Positions 1 to 9,002 of a stretch of DNA of 64,000 bases are shown here, piece by piece. The notes beneath the pieces are model-generated. The model was not told the DNA's origin, searched no databases, and saw nothing but the letters and a program-made list of their open reading frames with translations. The position numbers were made by a program, and so were the translations under genes. This DNA is from an uncultured delta proteobacterium (GTDB taxonomy: Bacteria; Desulfobacterota; RBG-13-43-22). The DNA is taken from positions 17,682 to 81,681 of the forward strand of contig CAVQFQ010000018.1 of assembly GCA_963711835.1 (NCBI GenBank), read 5' to 3'. The stretch's first letter is position 1. Every line of letters starts with the position of its first letter.

Positions 1-525
1 GAGCTGGCCACCCATTTCCGGGTCTATCCGAATGCCATCCAGGACCACCTCAAGGCCCTGATACGGAAAGGATATCTGATCCGGGAACCCAACCGCTCCC
101 GGGGGCTGCGTCTGATCCCTTTTACCCGCTCTTTGCGTACCATCCCCCTCTATGGGGCCATCCCGGCGGGAGACCCCCTGCTTATCGAGGAAACCCCTGA
201 GGGCTATATGGTCCTGCCGGAAGTCTGGACCCGCGGGAAGGAGGTCTTTCTCCTCCGGGTCCGGGGAGAGAGCATGAGCCCTTACATCCTTCCGGGGGAT
301 CAGGTCATCGTCCGTCGCCAGGAGCACCTTCCCCAGGGGGCGGTGGGGGTCTTTCGCCTGGAAGGGGAAGTTACCCTGAAGCGCTACTTTCGCGAGAAGG
401 ATCGCGTCATACTGAAAGGGGATTCCCCGGAGTTTGTCCCCATGGTTTTGAAAGGGCGGGAACTGGCGGCTCTGGTCATCCTGGGCAGGGTGACCGGGAT
501 CTATCGTTCCGTGGAGAAAGGATGA
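1..525 (+). CDS. lexA: LexA repressor (5' end outside window)
   Basis: Frame 1 is open from base 1: ELATHFRVYPNAIQDHLKALIRKGYLIREPNRSRGL (winged HTH), IPAG cleavage site, RVRGESM (catalytic Ser), VTLKRY (catalytic Lys). Confidence 0.93.
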   Translation, partial: ELATHFRVYPNAIQDHLKALIRKGYLIREPNRSRGLRLIPFTRSLRTIPLYGAIPAGDPLLIEETPEGYMVLPEVWTRGKEVFLLRVRGESMSPYILPGDQVIVRRQEHLPQGAVGVFRLEGEVTLKRYFREKDRVILKGDSPEFVPMVLKGRELAALVILGRVTGIYRSVEKG

Positions 526-554
526 ATCAATGGTTTTGAGGGCTGCCTTGAAAA

Positions 555-1148
555 ATGAATGACCTGATTCCCTTAAAAGAAATTAGACGGCTGGCCTTAT
601 CCGGAGGAAGCATCCTCTTTTTTGGAGAGGCCATGTCCCGCCTCTCGGCCTACCTGATGGGTCTGCTGTCGGCCCGAGGGTCACCTCTTACCCTGGTTGA
701 TGCCGCCCAAGCCTTTGATCCCTATCGGGTAGCCAGGATAGGCCGCTTTAAGGGAATTCCCCCGCGCCTGCTCCTGGAACGTATCCGCCTCAGCCGGGCC
801 TTCACCTGCCACCAACTGGTAACCCTGCTCTGTGAGACCCTGCCTCGGGACGGAAGGAAAGAGCCCCTTTTCATCCTGGGTCCCTGTGGTCTGTTTTATG
901 ATGATCAGGTGGCCTTGAAGGAGCGGCAGGCCCTTTTCAAACAAGTACTCCGTTCCCTGAAAGGGTTAAAAGAAAGAGGCCGGAGGATTTTTCTCTTCCA
1001 GCCCCCGTTAGCCAGGCAAATCAAAACCTATTATTTCGGCCGGGACCTGGCCCGTTCGGTCCGCTGGGTTATCCGAGTTCAGTGGGCGAAAGAAAAATTG
1101 GAAGGCCGGCTTTATCCCTCCTTCGCCCTTCCGGCGAGAAAGGATTAG
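555..1148 (+). CDS. Inactive RecA/RadA-fold protein (ImuA/iRadA-like) of the PolB2 cassette
   Basis: LVDAAQAFDPYRVAR...LLERIRLSRAFTCHQL resembles the RadA/Rad51 core; no intact Walker A; lies between lexA and polB2. Confidence 0.75.
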   Translation: MNDLIPLKEIRRLALSGGSILFFGEAMSRLSAYLMGLLSARGSPLTLVDAAQAFDPYRVARIGRFKGIPPRLLLERIRLSRAFTCHQLVTLLCETLPRDGRKEPLFILGPCGLFYDDQVALKERQALFKQVLRSLKGLKERGRRIFLFQPPLARQIKTYYFGRDLARSVRWVIRVQWAKEKLEGRLYPSFALPARKD

Positions 1149-1150
1149 CG

Positions 1151-1426
1151 GTGGGACGGACCGTCCTGCCTTTCAGCCAGGCCTTGGAGCGAGAGTATGG
1201 AGACTGGAAGAAGTTCCGCCGCGGATTGCGTCGGGAGGACCAGGAGATTTTAGACCGGCTTTTCGACCTGGCCCGCATCCATGTCCAGGCCGGGGTCTAT
1301 GCCTCCCGCCCCTGGCCGTTGGAGACCATCCTGATCTCAATTCTCATTGAACAGGAAAAGGGCCTCCAGACCCTCCGGAAAGAGGTAACGGAAATGCGCG
1401 ACCAACTGCTCCATCTTGAGAAATAA
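1151..1426 (+). CDS. Small helical PolB2-associated protein (arCOG07300/PPB2-like)
   Basis: GTG start at 1151; MGRTVLPFSQALEREYGDWKKFRRGLRREDQEILDRLF matches my recollection of the MGRT..S...W..FRRALR.EDQ..FD.LF pattern of PolB2-linked small proteins. Confidence 0.75.
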   Translation: MGRTVLPFSQALEREYGDWKKFRRGLRREDQEILDRLFDLARIHVQAGVYASRPWPLETILISILIEQEKGLQTLRKEVTEMRDQLLHLEK

Positions 1427-1433
1427 ACAAGCA

Positions 1434-3740
1434 ATGCCTTCCCACGGCTGGCTTATTGATCTCTATGTCCGGGAAGATTTCCTGGCCCTCTGGTTCCGGC
1501 TCCGATCCGGGGAACTCCTTTGCCTGACCGATTCCTTTCCCTATCGTTTTTATGCCTGGGGAAACCCTTCGGCCCTCCGCCATTTGGAAAAAACCCTAAG
1601 ACCCTATTTACGAAATACGGCCTGGACCCGGCGGATCGAATTCTGGAGCGGGAAACCGATCTCGGTGCTGGAACTGGAAATCCGTTCTTTAGAGAAACTG
1701 CCCCAAGTTCAGCGATTACTGGCCACGTGTCCGGAAGGCCTTACCCTTTATAACTGTGACCTGAGCATCCCCCAGTATTATGCCTATGAGAAAGGGTTGT
1801 TTCCTTTATGCTCCTGTGAAATAGAGTGGGAACGGGGAAGCCTGAAGACCCTTAAGGTCTTGAGCTCTCCCTGGGATCCGGATGCCGATCTGCCTGAACT
1901 GAAGGTCCTGAAAATCGGCCTCACCGGTCATCCCCAGATCTCCCTGGACCGGGGGAATTCCATTCAAATTTTGCAGGAAGGTGTTTCGTTTGAAATAGAG
2001 GCCTCGGATATACCCGGGCTCCTCCGGAAACTGAACCATTGCCTGATGCGCCTGGACCCGGATCTGATCCTCTCCCGTCATGGAGACGCCCGCATCTTGC
2101 CTTTCCTCTGGAAGTGGGCTCAGAAAGAAAAAGTCCCTTTGGGCCTGGATCGGGATCCCCGGCCTCCCCTGCGGGCCAAGATAGGCCAAGGCCGCTCTTA
2201 TTTTTCCTATGGCCAGGTCCTTTATCAAAGCACGGCGTTCCCTCTTTACGGCCGTCTCCATATCGATCAGGAAAATTCCTTTTTCTATAAAGAAGCCGGC
2301 CTGGAAGGAATCTTCTTTCTCTCCCGCCTGACCAAGCTGCCGGTTCAGACCCTGGCCCGCGCCACGCCGGGAACGGCCATCACCTCCATGCAACTGGACC
2401 GGGCCGTCCGGAAGAGGATACTCATTCCCTGGAAAAAAGGTCGGCCCGAAACCTTCAAAACCGCCTGGGAACTCCTGGTGGCCGACAAGGGCGGGCTGGT
2501 CTTTCAGCCTCCCATCGGCCTCAAGGAAAGGGTGGCCGAAATCGATTTTGTCTCCATGTATCCCAGCATCATGGTCCGACACAATATTTCGCCCGAGACC
2601 ATGCTTTGCCGCTGCTGCCCGGAGCCGGTGGTGCCGGAGGCAGGCACCAACATCTGCCGGAAGCGGGAAGGGTTGGTGCCCCAAACTCTGCGCCCCATAT
2701 TGAAATTAAGGGATGAATTAAAACATCGGATCAAGACCGGTCATCCGAAAGGGCCTCTTTATAAATCGATGCGGCAGGCCCTGAAGTGGATTCTGGTAAC
2801 CTGCTTTGGCTATATGGGCTACAAGAATGCCCGCTTCGGCTGCATCGAGGCCCACGAAGCCATTACTGCCTTTGGTCGAGAGAAGCTGTTGCAGGCCAAG
2901 GAGTGCGCCGAAGAACAAGGTTTCCAGGTCCTCCACGGCCTGACCGATTCGCTTTGGATTCAGGCAGAGGGTTTGGATGAGACCAAGGTAGAAGACCTGC
3001 TGATCGCCATCCGGGAGCGGACCGGCCTGGACATCAGCCTGGAAGGGATCTATGACTGGATCATCTTTCTGCCATCCAGGGTCCGGGCCAGCCGTCCGGT
3101 GGCCAATCGTTATTTCGGGCTTTTCCAGGATGGGACAGTGAAAATCCGGGGGATCGCCTGCTGCTGCCATGACTCCCCGCCCTTCATCAAAAATGCCCAG
3201 AAGGATCTTTTGCTGACTCTTTCGGCGGCCAAGGATCGAGCGCATTTGGAGCAACAGGTCCCCAGCGTGCTGGAACGCCTGGAGGAATATGTTCTTAGTC
3301 TAAGAGATGGCCAAGTGCCGTCCCGTGACTTAATCATCCATCGCCGCCTAAGTCAAACCCTGGAGGAATATAAAGTCAATACCGCTTCCGTTCTGGCCCT
3401 GCAGCAATTAGAGGCCGTGGGTATCACCCTTTATCCGGGCCAACGGGTGGGCTACGTTTTGCGTGACACCGCTTCAGCCTCTTCTTCTGAAGCCGGCGTT
3501 CTTCCCGCCCCTTTCTTGGATGGAGGAGAATCTTACGACCGGAAGAAATATCTGGATCTCCTGCTCCGGGCCGCTGCTGAAGTTCTGGTTTCCTTCGGGT
3601 TAAACCTTAAAGATCTGGAGTTTAAATTTGGGTCTGGACCACCAAGCCAAACAACTGCAAGAAGAGGCCGGCGTTGTCATGACCATCTCGGTCGGGAGGC
3701 TTTCAAGGGTTTACAGCGAGCCATAAAGTTGTTAAGATAA
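1434..3740 (+). CDS. Family B DNA polymerase, PolB2 group
   Basis: Motif A IDFVSMYPSIM; motif B KWILVTCFGYMG (NS replaced by VT); motif C HGLTDSL (first Asp of DTD lost); degenerate exonuclease region. Confidence 0.9.
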   Translation: MPSHGWLIDLYVREDFLALWFRLRSGELLCLTDSFPYRFYAWGNPSALRHLEKTLRPYLRNTAWTRRIEFWSGKPISVLELEIRSLEKLPQVQRLLATCPEGLTLYNCDLSIPQYYAYEKGLFPLCSCEIEWERGSLKTLKVLSSPWDPDADLPELKVLKIGLTGHPQISLDRGNSIQILQEGVSFEIEASDIPGLLRKLNHCLMRLDPDLILSRHGDARILPFLWKWAQKEKVPLGLDRDPRPPLRAKIGQGRSYFSYGQVLYQSTAFPLYGRLHIDQENSFFYKEAGLEGIFFLSRLTKLPVQTLARATPGTAITSMQLDRAVRKRILIPWKKGRPETFKTAWELLVADKGGLVFQPPIGLKERVAEIDFVSMYPSIMVRHNISPETMLCRCCPEPVVPEAGTNICRKREGLVPQTLRPILKLRDELKHRIKTGHPKGPLYKSMRQALKWILVTCFGYMGYKNARFGCIEAHEAITAFGREKLLQAKECAEEQGFQVLHGLTDSLWIQAEGLDETKVEDLLIAIRERTGLDISLEGIYDWIIFLPSRVRASRPVANRYFGLFQDGTVKIRGIACCCHDSPPFIKNAQKDLLLTLSAAKDRAHLEQQVPSVLERLEEYVLSLRDGQVPSRDLIIHRRLSQTLEEYKVNTASVLALQQLEAVGITLYPGQRVGYVLRDTASASSSEAGVLPAPFLDGGESYDRKKYLDLLLRAAAEVLVSFGLNLKDLEFKFGSGPPSQTTARRGRRCHDHLGREAFKGLQRAIKLLR

Positions 3741-3801
3741 GTTTCAATGAAAACATTTTACTAAAAATAAACTGAATTACAGAGAGTTACGGTTCTATCC
3801 C

Positions 3802-4656
3802 ATGAATGCTACTGAAAACAGGACAACGGAATCCAAAAAAATTGTAGGGGTAAAATTTCAATCTACCGGGACTATTTATGATTTCGACTGCGGCCATTTT
3901 GTCTTAAAATGCGGGGACCGGGTCATTGTCAAGACCGAGCAGGGCCTGGGCCTGGGGAAGGTAGTCCGAGGACCGAACAAGATAGACAAGATTGAGGAAG
4001 GGAAGGAAATCAAGAAAATATTCCGTCTGGCCCATGAAGCCGATTTAGACCAGTACCGCAAGGTCCAGGAAAGAGAAAAAGAGGCCTACTCTTTTTGCCA
4101 GGAGCGGATCCGGGAGAGTAAGCTGGTTATGAAACTGGTCAGGGTCGAAAGTTATTTTGACGGCAGCAAGATCATTTTTTATTTTACGGCCGACGGCCGG
4201 ATTGATTTTCGTGAATTGGTCAAAGACCTAGTGCACCGCTTCCATACCCGGATCGAGATGCGTCAAATCGGCGTTCGTAATGAAGCTAAGATGTTGGGCG
4301 GCTTGGGGCACTGCGGGAGAGAAGTGTGCTGTTCCGCTTTTCTCCCGGATTTCGCCACCGTTTCGGTGAAAATGGCCAAGGAGCAAAACCTGCCCCTTAA
4401 TCCGACCAAAATCTCCGGCCTTTGCGGCCGGTTGATGTGCTGCTTGACCTATGAGTTTGAAACCTATCTGGAGCTTAAGAAGGATTTCCCCAAATGTGGA
4501 AAGACGATTATGTGCTCCCTGGGACCGGTCAAGGTCCTTCGCCAAAATATCATGGAGGGCACGTTGCTCGTCGAAACTCAGGACCGGGAAGAAAAGATCC
4601 TGAAAGTGGCCGAACTGCAGAAAGGGGCTTCCGACCCCAAGAAGGATAAGGAATAA
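3802..4656 (+). CDS. ricT: PSP1/RicT (YaaT) family regulatory Fe-S protein
   Basis: FYFTADGRIDFRELVKDL, GGLGHCGREVCC, KISGLCGRLMCCL; canonical position upstream of metG. Confidence 0.92.
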   Translation: MNATENRTTESKKIVGVKFQSTGTIYDFDCGHFVLKCGDRVIVKTEQGLGLGKVVRGPNKIDKIEEGKEIKKIFRLAHEADLDQYRKVQEREKEAYSFCQERIRESKLVMKLVRVESYFDGSKIIFYFTADGRIDFRELVKDLVHRFHTRIEMRQIGVRNEAKMLGGLGHCGREVCCSAFLPDFATVSVKMAKEQNLPLNPTKISGLCGRLMCCLTYEFETYLELKKDFPKCGKTIMCSLGPVKVLRQNIMEGTLLVETQDREEKILKVAELQKGASDPKKDKE

Positions 4657-4662
4657 ATAGCC

Positions 4663-6576
4663 GTGGATAACTATTTTTATGTGACTACCCCTATTTATTA
4701 TGTGAATGCCGAACCCCACATCGGCCATGCCTACAGCACCTTGGTGGCCGATACCTTAACGCGTTATTATCAATCCCTCGGCTATCTCACCCGGTTTCAA
4801 ACCGGGACGGACGAACATGGAGAAAAGGTGGTCCAGGCCGCCCAGAAAGAGGGCCTGGATCCGAAAGCTTACGCCGACCGGATCAGTCGCTTGTTCCAGG
4901 ACACCTGGCCGGACTTGGATATTTTCCCTGATCATTTTATTCGAACCACCGATCCGGATCATATCCAAGTCGTCACCTATATCCTGAATAAGGTTTACGC
5001 CTCCGGAGATATCTATTTCAGCGAATATGAAGGGCAATATTGTCTGGGCTGCGAACGGTTTTATACCGAAAGGGAACTGCTGGACGGATGTTGTCCGGAT
5101 CATCAAACCAAACCGACCTTGGTTAAAGAGGCCAACTATTTTTTCCGGATGAGTGCCTATCAGGACTGGTTGATTGACCAGATCAAAAGCCATCCGGACT
5201 TTATCCGGCCGGAACGGTATCGCAATGAGGTCTTGTCCTTTTTAAACGAACCCCTGGAGGATCTGTGCATTTCCCGCCCCAAAACCCGTTTGACCTGGGG
5301 GATTCCTCTTCCTTTTGACGAGAACTATGTCACCTATGTCTGGTTCGATGCCCTGATCAATTATCTCTCCGGCTTAGGCTATCCTCAGGGGGAACTATTT
5401 CCAAAGTTCTGGCCGGCGGCGGAACATATTATTGCCAAAGATATTTTAAAACCCCACGGGATTTATTGGCCCATTATGTTGAAGGCCGCCGGGATTGCGC
5501 AGTATCGCCATTTGAACGTCCATGGTTATTGGAATATTGATCAGACCAAGATTTCCAAAAGTCTCGGCAATGTGATCCGCCCGGCCCAACTCAAAGAAAA
5601 GTTCGGGGGCGACGCCGTTCGTTATTTTTTCCTTCGGGAAATGGTCTTCGGGCTAGATGCCCATTTCACTGAAGAAGCCTTGGTGCAACGGATTAATGCC
5701 GACCTGGCCAATAACCTAGGCAATTGTTTCAGCCGCAGCCTGGCTATGATTGAAAAATATTGCGCCGGAAAGGTTCCGGAACCCGGCCCATCCGGTCCGG
5801 CCGAGGAAGGCTTAAAAAATTTAACCCGGGAAGTTCAGGAAACGGTCAGAGAGGAAGTCCGGAGGCTGTCTTTTCACAAAGCCTTAATGGGACTCTGGGA
5901 CCTGATTGACGGGCTGAATAAATATATCGACGGCCAGGCTCCCTGGGCCTTGGCCAAGGACCCGGAGAAAGGGCCACGATTAGCCACGGTCCTTTACCAT
6001 ATCGCGGAAAGCCTTCGTCAGACGGCCCTGCTCCTTTACCCTTTTCTGCCTCAAACGTCATCCCGGATGAAGCAGCAGTTGGGAATCCCCCCGGAGAAAG
6101 GGTCTCCCAACTGGAACAGGGAACTGGCCTGGGGAAAACTGAGTCCGGGAACAACCATCGTAAAGGGACCGGCTCTCTTCCCTCGGATAGAACCGGAAGG
6201 GAAAACCGCCCCGGAAGCCCCAGGAGGAGAGTTGAAAAATGCCCTCCGCTTCCAGCCGGCGCAACCCTTTGCCGAATTCCAGAAGTGGGATTTGCGGGTC
6301 GCCCGGATTGAAAAGGCCGAAAGGGTCCCTAAATCCAATAAGCTGTTGAAACTGGAAATTGACTTAGGGGAAAAAAGGATCCTGGTGGCCGGCATCGGCC
6401 AGACCTATTCACCCGAAGAGCTGATTGGAAAAAAGATCATTGTGGTGGCCAACCTGGAGCCTTCCCGTATCATGGGGGTAGAATCCCAAGCCATGCTTCT
6501 GGCGGCCAAGGACGAAAAGGGGTTAACATTGATCGTCCCGGAAGGAAACCTGGGTCCCGGAGCCAAGGTGTCCTAA
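4663..6576 (+). CDS. metG: Methionyl-tRNA synthetase
   Basis: TTPIYYVNAEPHIGH, KISKS, Zn knuckle, C-terminal tRNA-binding OB domain. Confidence 0.98.
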   Translation: MDNYFYVTTPIYYVNAEPHIGHAYSTLVADTLTRYYQSLGYLTRFQTGTDEHGEKVVQAAQKEGLDPKAYADRISRLFQDTWPDLDIFPDHFIRTTDPDHIQVVTYILNKVYASGDIYFSEYEGQYCLGCERFYTERELLDGCCPDHQTKPTLVKEANYFFRMSAYQDWLIDQIKSHPDFIRPERYRNEVLSFLNEPLEDLCISRPKTRLTWGIPLPFDENYVTYVWFDALINYLSGLGYPQGELFPKFWPAAEHIIAKDILKPHGIYWPIMLKAAGIAQYRHLNVHGYWNIDQTKISKSLGNVIRPAQLKEKFGGDAVRYFFLREMVFGLDAHFTEEALVQRINADLANNLGNCFSRSLAMIEKYCAGKVPEPGPSGPAEEGLKNLTREVQETVREEVRRLSFHKALMGLWDLIDGLNKYIDGQAPWALAKDPEKGPRLATVLYHIAESLRQTALLLYPFLPQTSSRMKQQLGIPPEKGSPNWNRELAWGKLSPGTTIVKGPALFPRIEPEGKTAPEAPGGELKNALRFQPAQPFAEFQKWDLRVARIEKAERVPKSNKLLKLEIDLGEKRILVAGIGQTYSPEELIGKKIIVVANLEPSRIMGVESQAMLLAAKDEKGLTLIVPEGNLGPGAKVS

Positions 6577-6605
6577 GGGGCTACCAAGAGGACAAGCCCA
6601 TAGCC

Positions 6606-7049
6606 TTGATTGCCGTCGATGCTCTTCCACATCGTTTCCCTTTTCTGTTTCTCGACCGGATCCAGACCCTGATCCCAGGCGAGCAAGGCATCTTTTGTTT
6701 TCGGAGCTCGGCCGATGGTTATTATCTTTCGGGAAGCACCCCGCCTTCTTTTCAGCAGGCCCTCCTTTTGGAAGCCATGGCCGAGGGGGCCGGACTCATT
6801 TTGATCAGCGAGTCAGGCCAAAAGGATGAACCCGCTCCGGGGAAAGGCTATCTTTTGCGATTGGACCGGGTATTTTTTGAGGCCCTTCCCCAGGCCGGCC
6901 AGGAGATATGTATCGTTGTGAATAAAAAAATGGTCTTCGGGCAGATGGTCCAATTTCAGGCTCAGGCGAAATCCGGGGACGTCGTTGTCGCCCGGGCAGA
7001 ACTCACCTTGTGGCGCGAACCAAGGGAACAGGGTCAGGAGGATCGTTGA
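6606..7049 (+). CDS. FabZ/FabA-like hot-dog dehydratase, degenerate
   Basis: LPHRFPFLFLDRI N-terminal signature and LLLEAMAE helix; the HFP catalytic His is not visible. Confidence 0.75.
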   Translation: MIAVDALPHRFPFLFLDRIQTLIPGEQGIFCFRSSADGYYLSGSTPPSFQQALLLEAMAEGAGLILISESGQKDEPAPGKGYLLRLDRVFFEALPQAGQEICIVVNKKMVFGQMVQFQAQAKSGDVVVARAELTLWREPREQGQEDR

Positions 7050-7774
7050 AAGTCGGTTTGCTTATCCCGGCCTATAATGTTGAAGATCAGATCGGCGCCG
7101 TTATCGAGGGTGCCCGGCCCTGGGTGGATGGAATTTTGGTCCTGGACGACGGTTCCTCGGACCATACCCGCGAAAAGGCCTTAGGTCTGGGGACGGAAGT
7201 CATATCGAATAAGCCTAATCGAGGGAAGGGGTATGCCTTGAAGCAAGGTTTTGCCTATTTCCGTTTTCATGGGTTTGAGACCATACTGACCATAGATGGC
7301 GATGGACAGCATGACCCCCGATATATCCCCCACTTTCTCGAGGCCTATAAAAAGGGAAAGGCCCAGGTCATTATCGGGTCCCGAATGGAAGAAGGTTCAA
7401 AAATACCCAAAGCCCGCTATGTTCTCAACCTGATCGGGACCTACTGCCTTTCCTGGGCTACCGGACAATATGTCCCCGATTCCCAGAGCGGCTATCGTCT
7501 CTATGAGACCAAAGCCTTGGAGGGTTTATCCTTGAAAGATAACCGGTTCGCCCTGGAAACCGAAGTATTGATCAAGCTGGCCAAACGAGGTTGTGTCTTT
7601 TCCTCTATCCCCATCCCGGCTATTTATAATGAGGTCCGGCAGGCTTCTAATTTCCGGCCGGTGAAAGACATCTATCAGATCAGCATGTTGGTCCTAAGGA
7701 GTATTTTTTGGAAACGAGAAACCCCGCGGCCGAAAGGAACGTTCCTGTTGCCCTTTCGCCGGCGATTCGGTTGA
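7046..7774 (+). CDS. Glycosyltransferase family 2 (DPM1-like)
   Basis: LIPAYN, VLDDGSSD, NRGKG, IDGDGQHDP, DSQSGYR; TTG start overlaps the upstream stop. Confidence 0.9.
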   Translation: MKVGLLIPAYNVEDQIGAVIEGARPWVDGILVLDDGSSDHTREKALGLGTEVISNKPNRGKGYALKQGFAYFRFHGFETILTIDGDGQHDPRYIPHFLEAYKKGKAQVIIGSRMEEGSKIPKARYVLNLIGTYCLSWATGQYVPDSQSGYRLYETKALEGLSLKDNRFALETEVLIKLAKRGCVFSSIPIPAIYNEVRQASNFRPVKDIYQISMLVLRSIFWKRETPRPKGTFLLPFRRRFG

Positions 7775-7778
7775 AGCG

Positions 7779-9002
7779 GTGGAGAAAAGAAAAGCCGTTA
7801 TAACCGGCATCGGGGTGGTCACCTCCATCGGAACAAACCGCCGGGAGTTCTGGCAAAACCTTATCGCCGGCAAGACCGGTATCGGCCGGATAGACCTGTT
7901 TGATACGGCCCAATACCGAGTCACGATTGCCGCCCAGGCCAGGGGTTTTTCGGGCCGGGAGCACTTTACCTCGCGGGAATGCCGGCGGCTGTCCCGCTCC
8001 GACCTCCTGGGCCTGGTGGCAGCCCGGGAAGCCCTGGAAGAGATCCCCTTTAACACCCCGGCCCTTCCTCCCGACCGGATAGCCGTTGTCTTGGGCGCTG
8101 GAGCAGGGGGGATCTATCCGGCTGAAATCTATCGTCAGGACCTTTATCGTCATAAAAAACCGCGCTATCCTTCTTTTCTGCTTTCGTTTCCCATGTGCAG
8201 TCTGACCGATCATATCGGCAACCGCTGGGGCCTGACCGGTCCCCGGGCCACTATTGATACGGCCTGTTCCTCGACCATCACGGCCATCGGACTCGGTTTG
8301 GATTTCATCCAAAGAGACCAGGCTGATCTGGTCATTACCGGCGGCAGTGAATCCCTCTCGCAATTGACTTTTTCCGGATTTAATGCTTTGAAAGCCTTGG
8401 ACCCCGAACCCTGCCGGCCTTTCGACCGGACCCGGCAAGGGCTTTCTCTGGGCGAAGGGGCCGCCCTGCTGATTCTTGAAGAAAAGGAAAGGGCCCGGGA
8501 ACGGGGAGCTCCGGTCTATGCCGAGGTATTGGGCTATGGCACCTCCGGGGATGCCCATCACATAACGGCTCCCCATCCGGAAGGGCGGGGGGCGATTTTG
8601 TCTATGGAGCGGGCTATCGCCAGGGCCGGGCTTTCGGCCGATGATATCGATTTCATCAATGCCCACGGTACGGCCACCCCGGCCAACGACCCGATTGAAA
8701 CCAGGGCCATTAAAAAGGTTTTTGGAGATCGTGCCTATCGGATCCCGGTTACCTCCATTAAATCCTCGATCGGCCATTGTCTGGGCGCAGCCGGTGTTTT
8801 AGGGGCCGTCGCCGGTATCCTGGCCTTAGACCAAGGGGTCCTGCCCCCTACCCTGCACTTTAGGGAGCGGGATCCGGCCTGTGATCTGGATTATGTTTTT
8901 AACCAGGCCCGGAAAAAAGAGATACAAACCGTGCTTTGCAACGCCTTCGCCTTCGGGGGAAATAACAGTTCCATTGTCTTTTCAAAACCGGATTATGCAT
9001 AA
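7779..9002 (+). CDS. Beta-ketoacyl-ACP synthase (FabF-like, active KS)
   Basis: DTACSS (catalytic Cys), NAHGTAT, GHCLGAAG, FAFGG. Confidence 0.93.
   Translation: MEKRKAVITGIGVVTSIGTNRREFWQNLIAGKTGIGRIDLFDTAQYRVTIAAQARGFSGREHFTSRECRRLSRSDLLGLVAAREALEEIPFNTPALPPDRIAVVLGAGAGGIYPAEIYRQDLYRHKKPRYPSFLLSFPMCSLTDHIGNRWGLTGPRATIDTACSSTITAIGLGLDFIQRDQADLVITGGSESLSQLTFSGFNALKALDPEPCRPFDRTRQGLSLGEGAALLILEEKERARERGAPVYAEVLGYGTSGDAHHITAPHPEGRGAILSMERAIARAGLSADDIDFINAHGTATPANDPIETRAIKKVFGDRAYRIPVTSIKSSIGHCLGAAGVLGAVAGILALDQGVLPPTLHFRERDPACDLDYVFNQARKKEIQTVLCNAFAFGGNNSSIVFSKPDYA

Noticed and set aside
1806-8777. Long antisense ORFs (e.g. 1806-2684, 7680-8777; also 58745-59422)
   Set aside because: Shadow frames opposite well-supported genes; expected with this codon usage.
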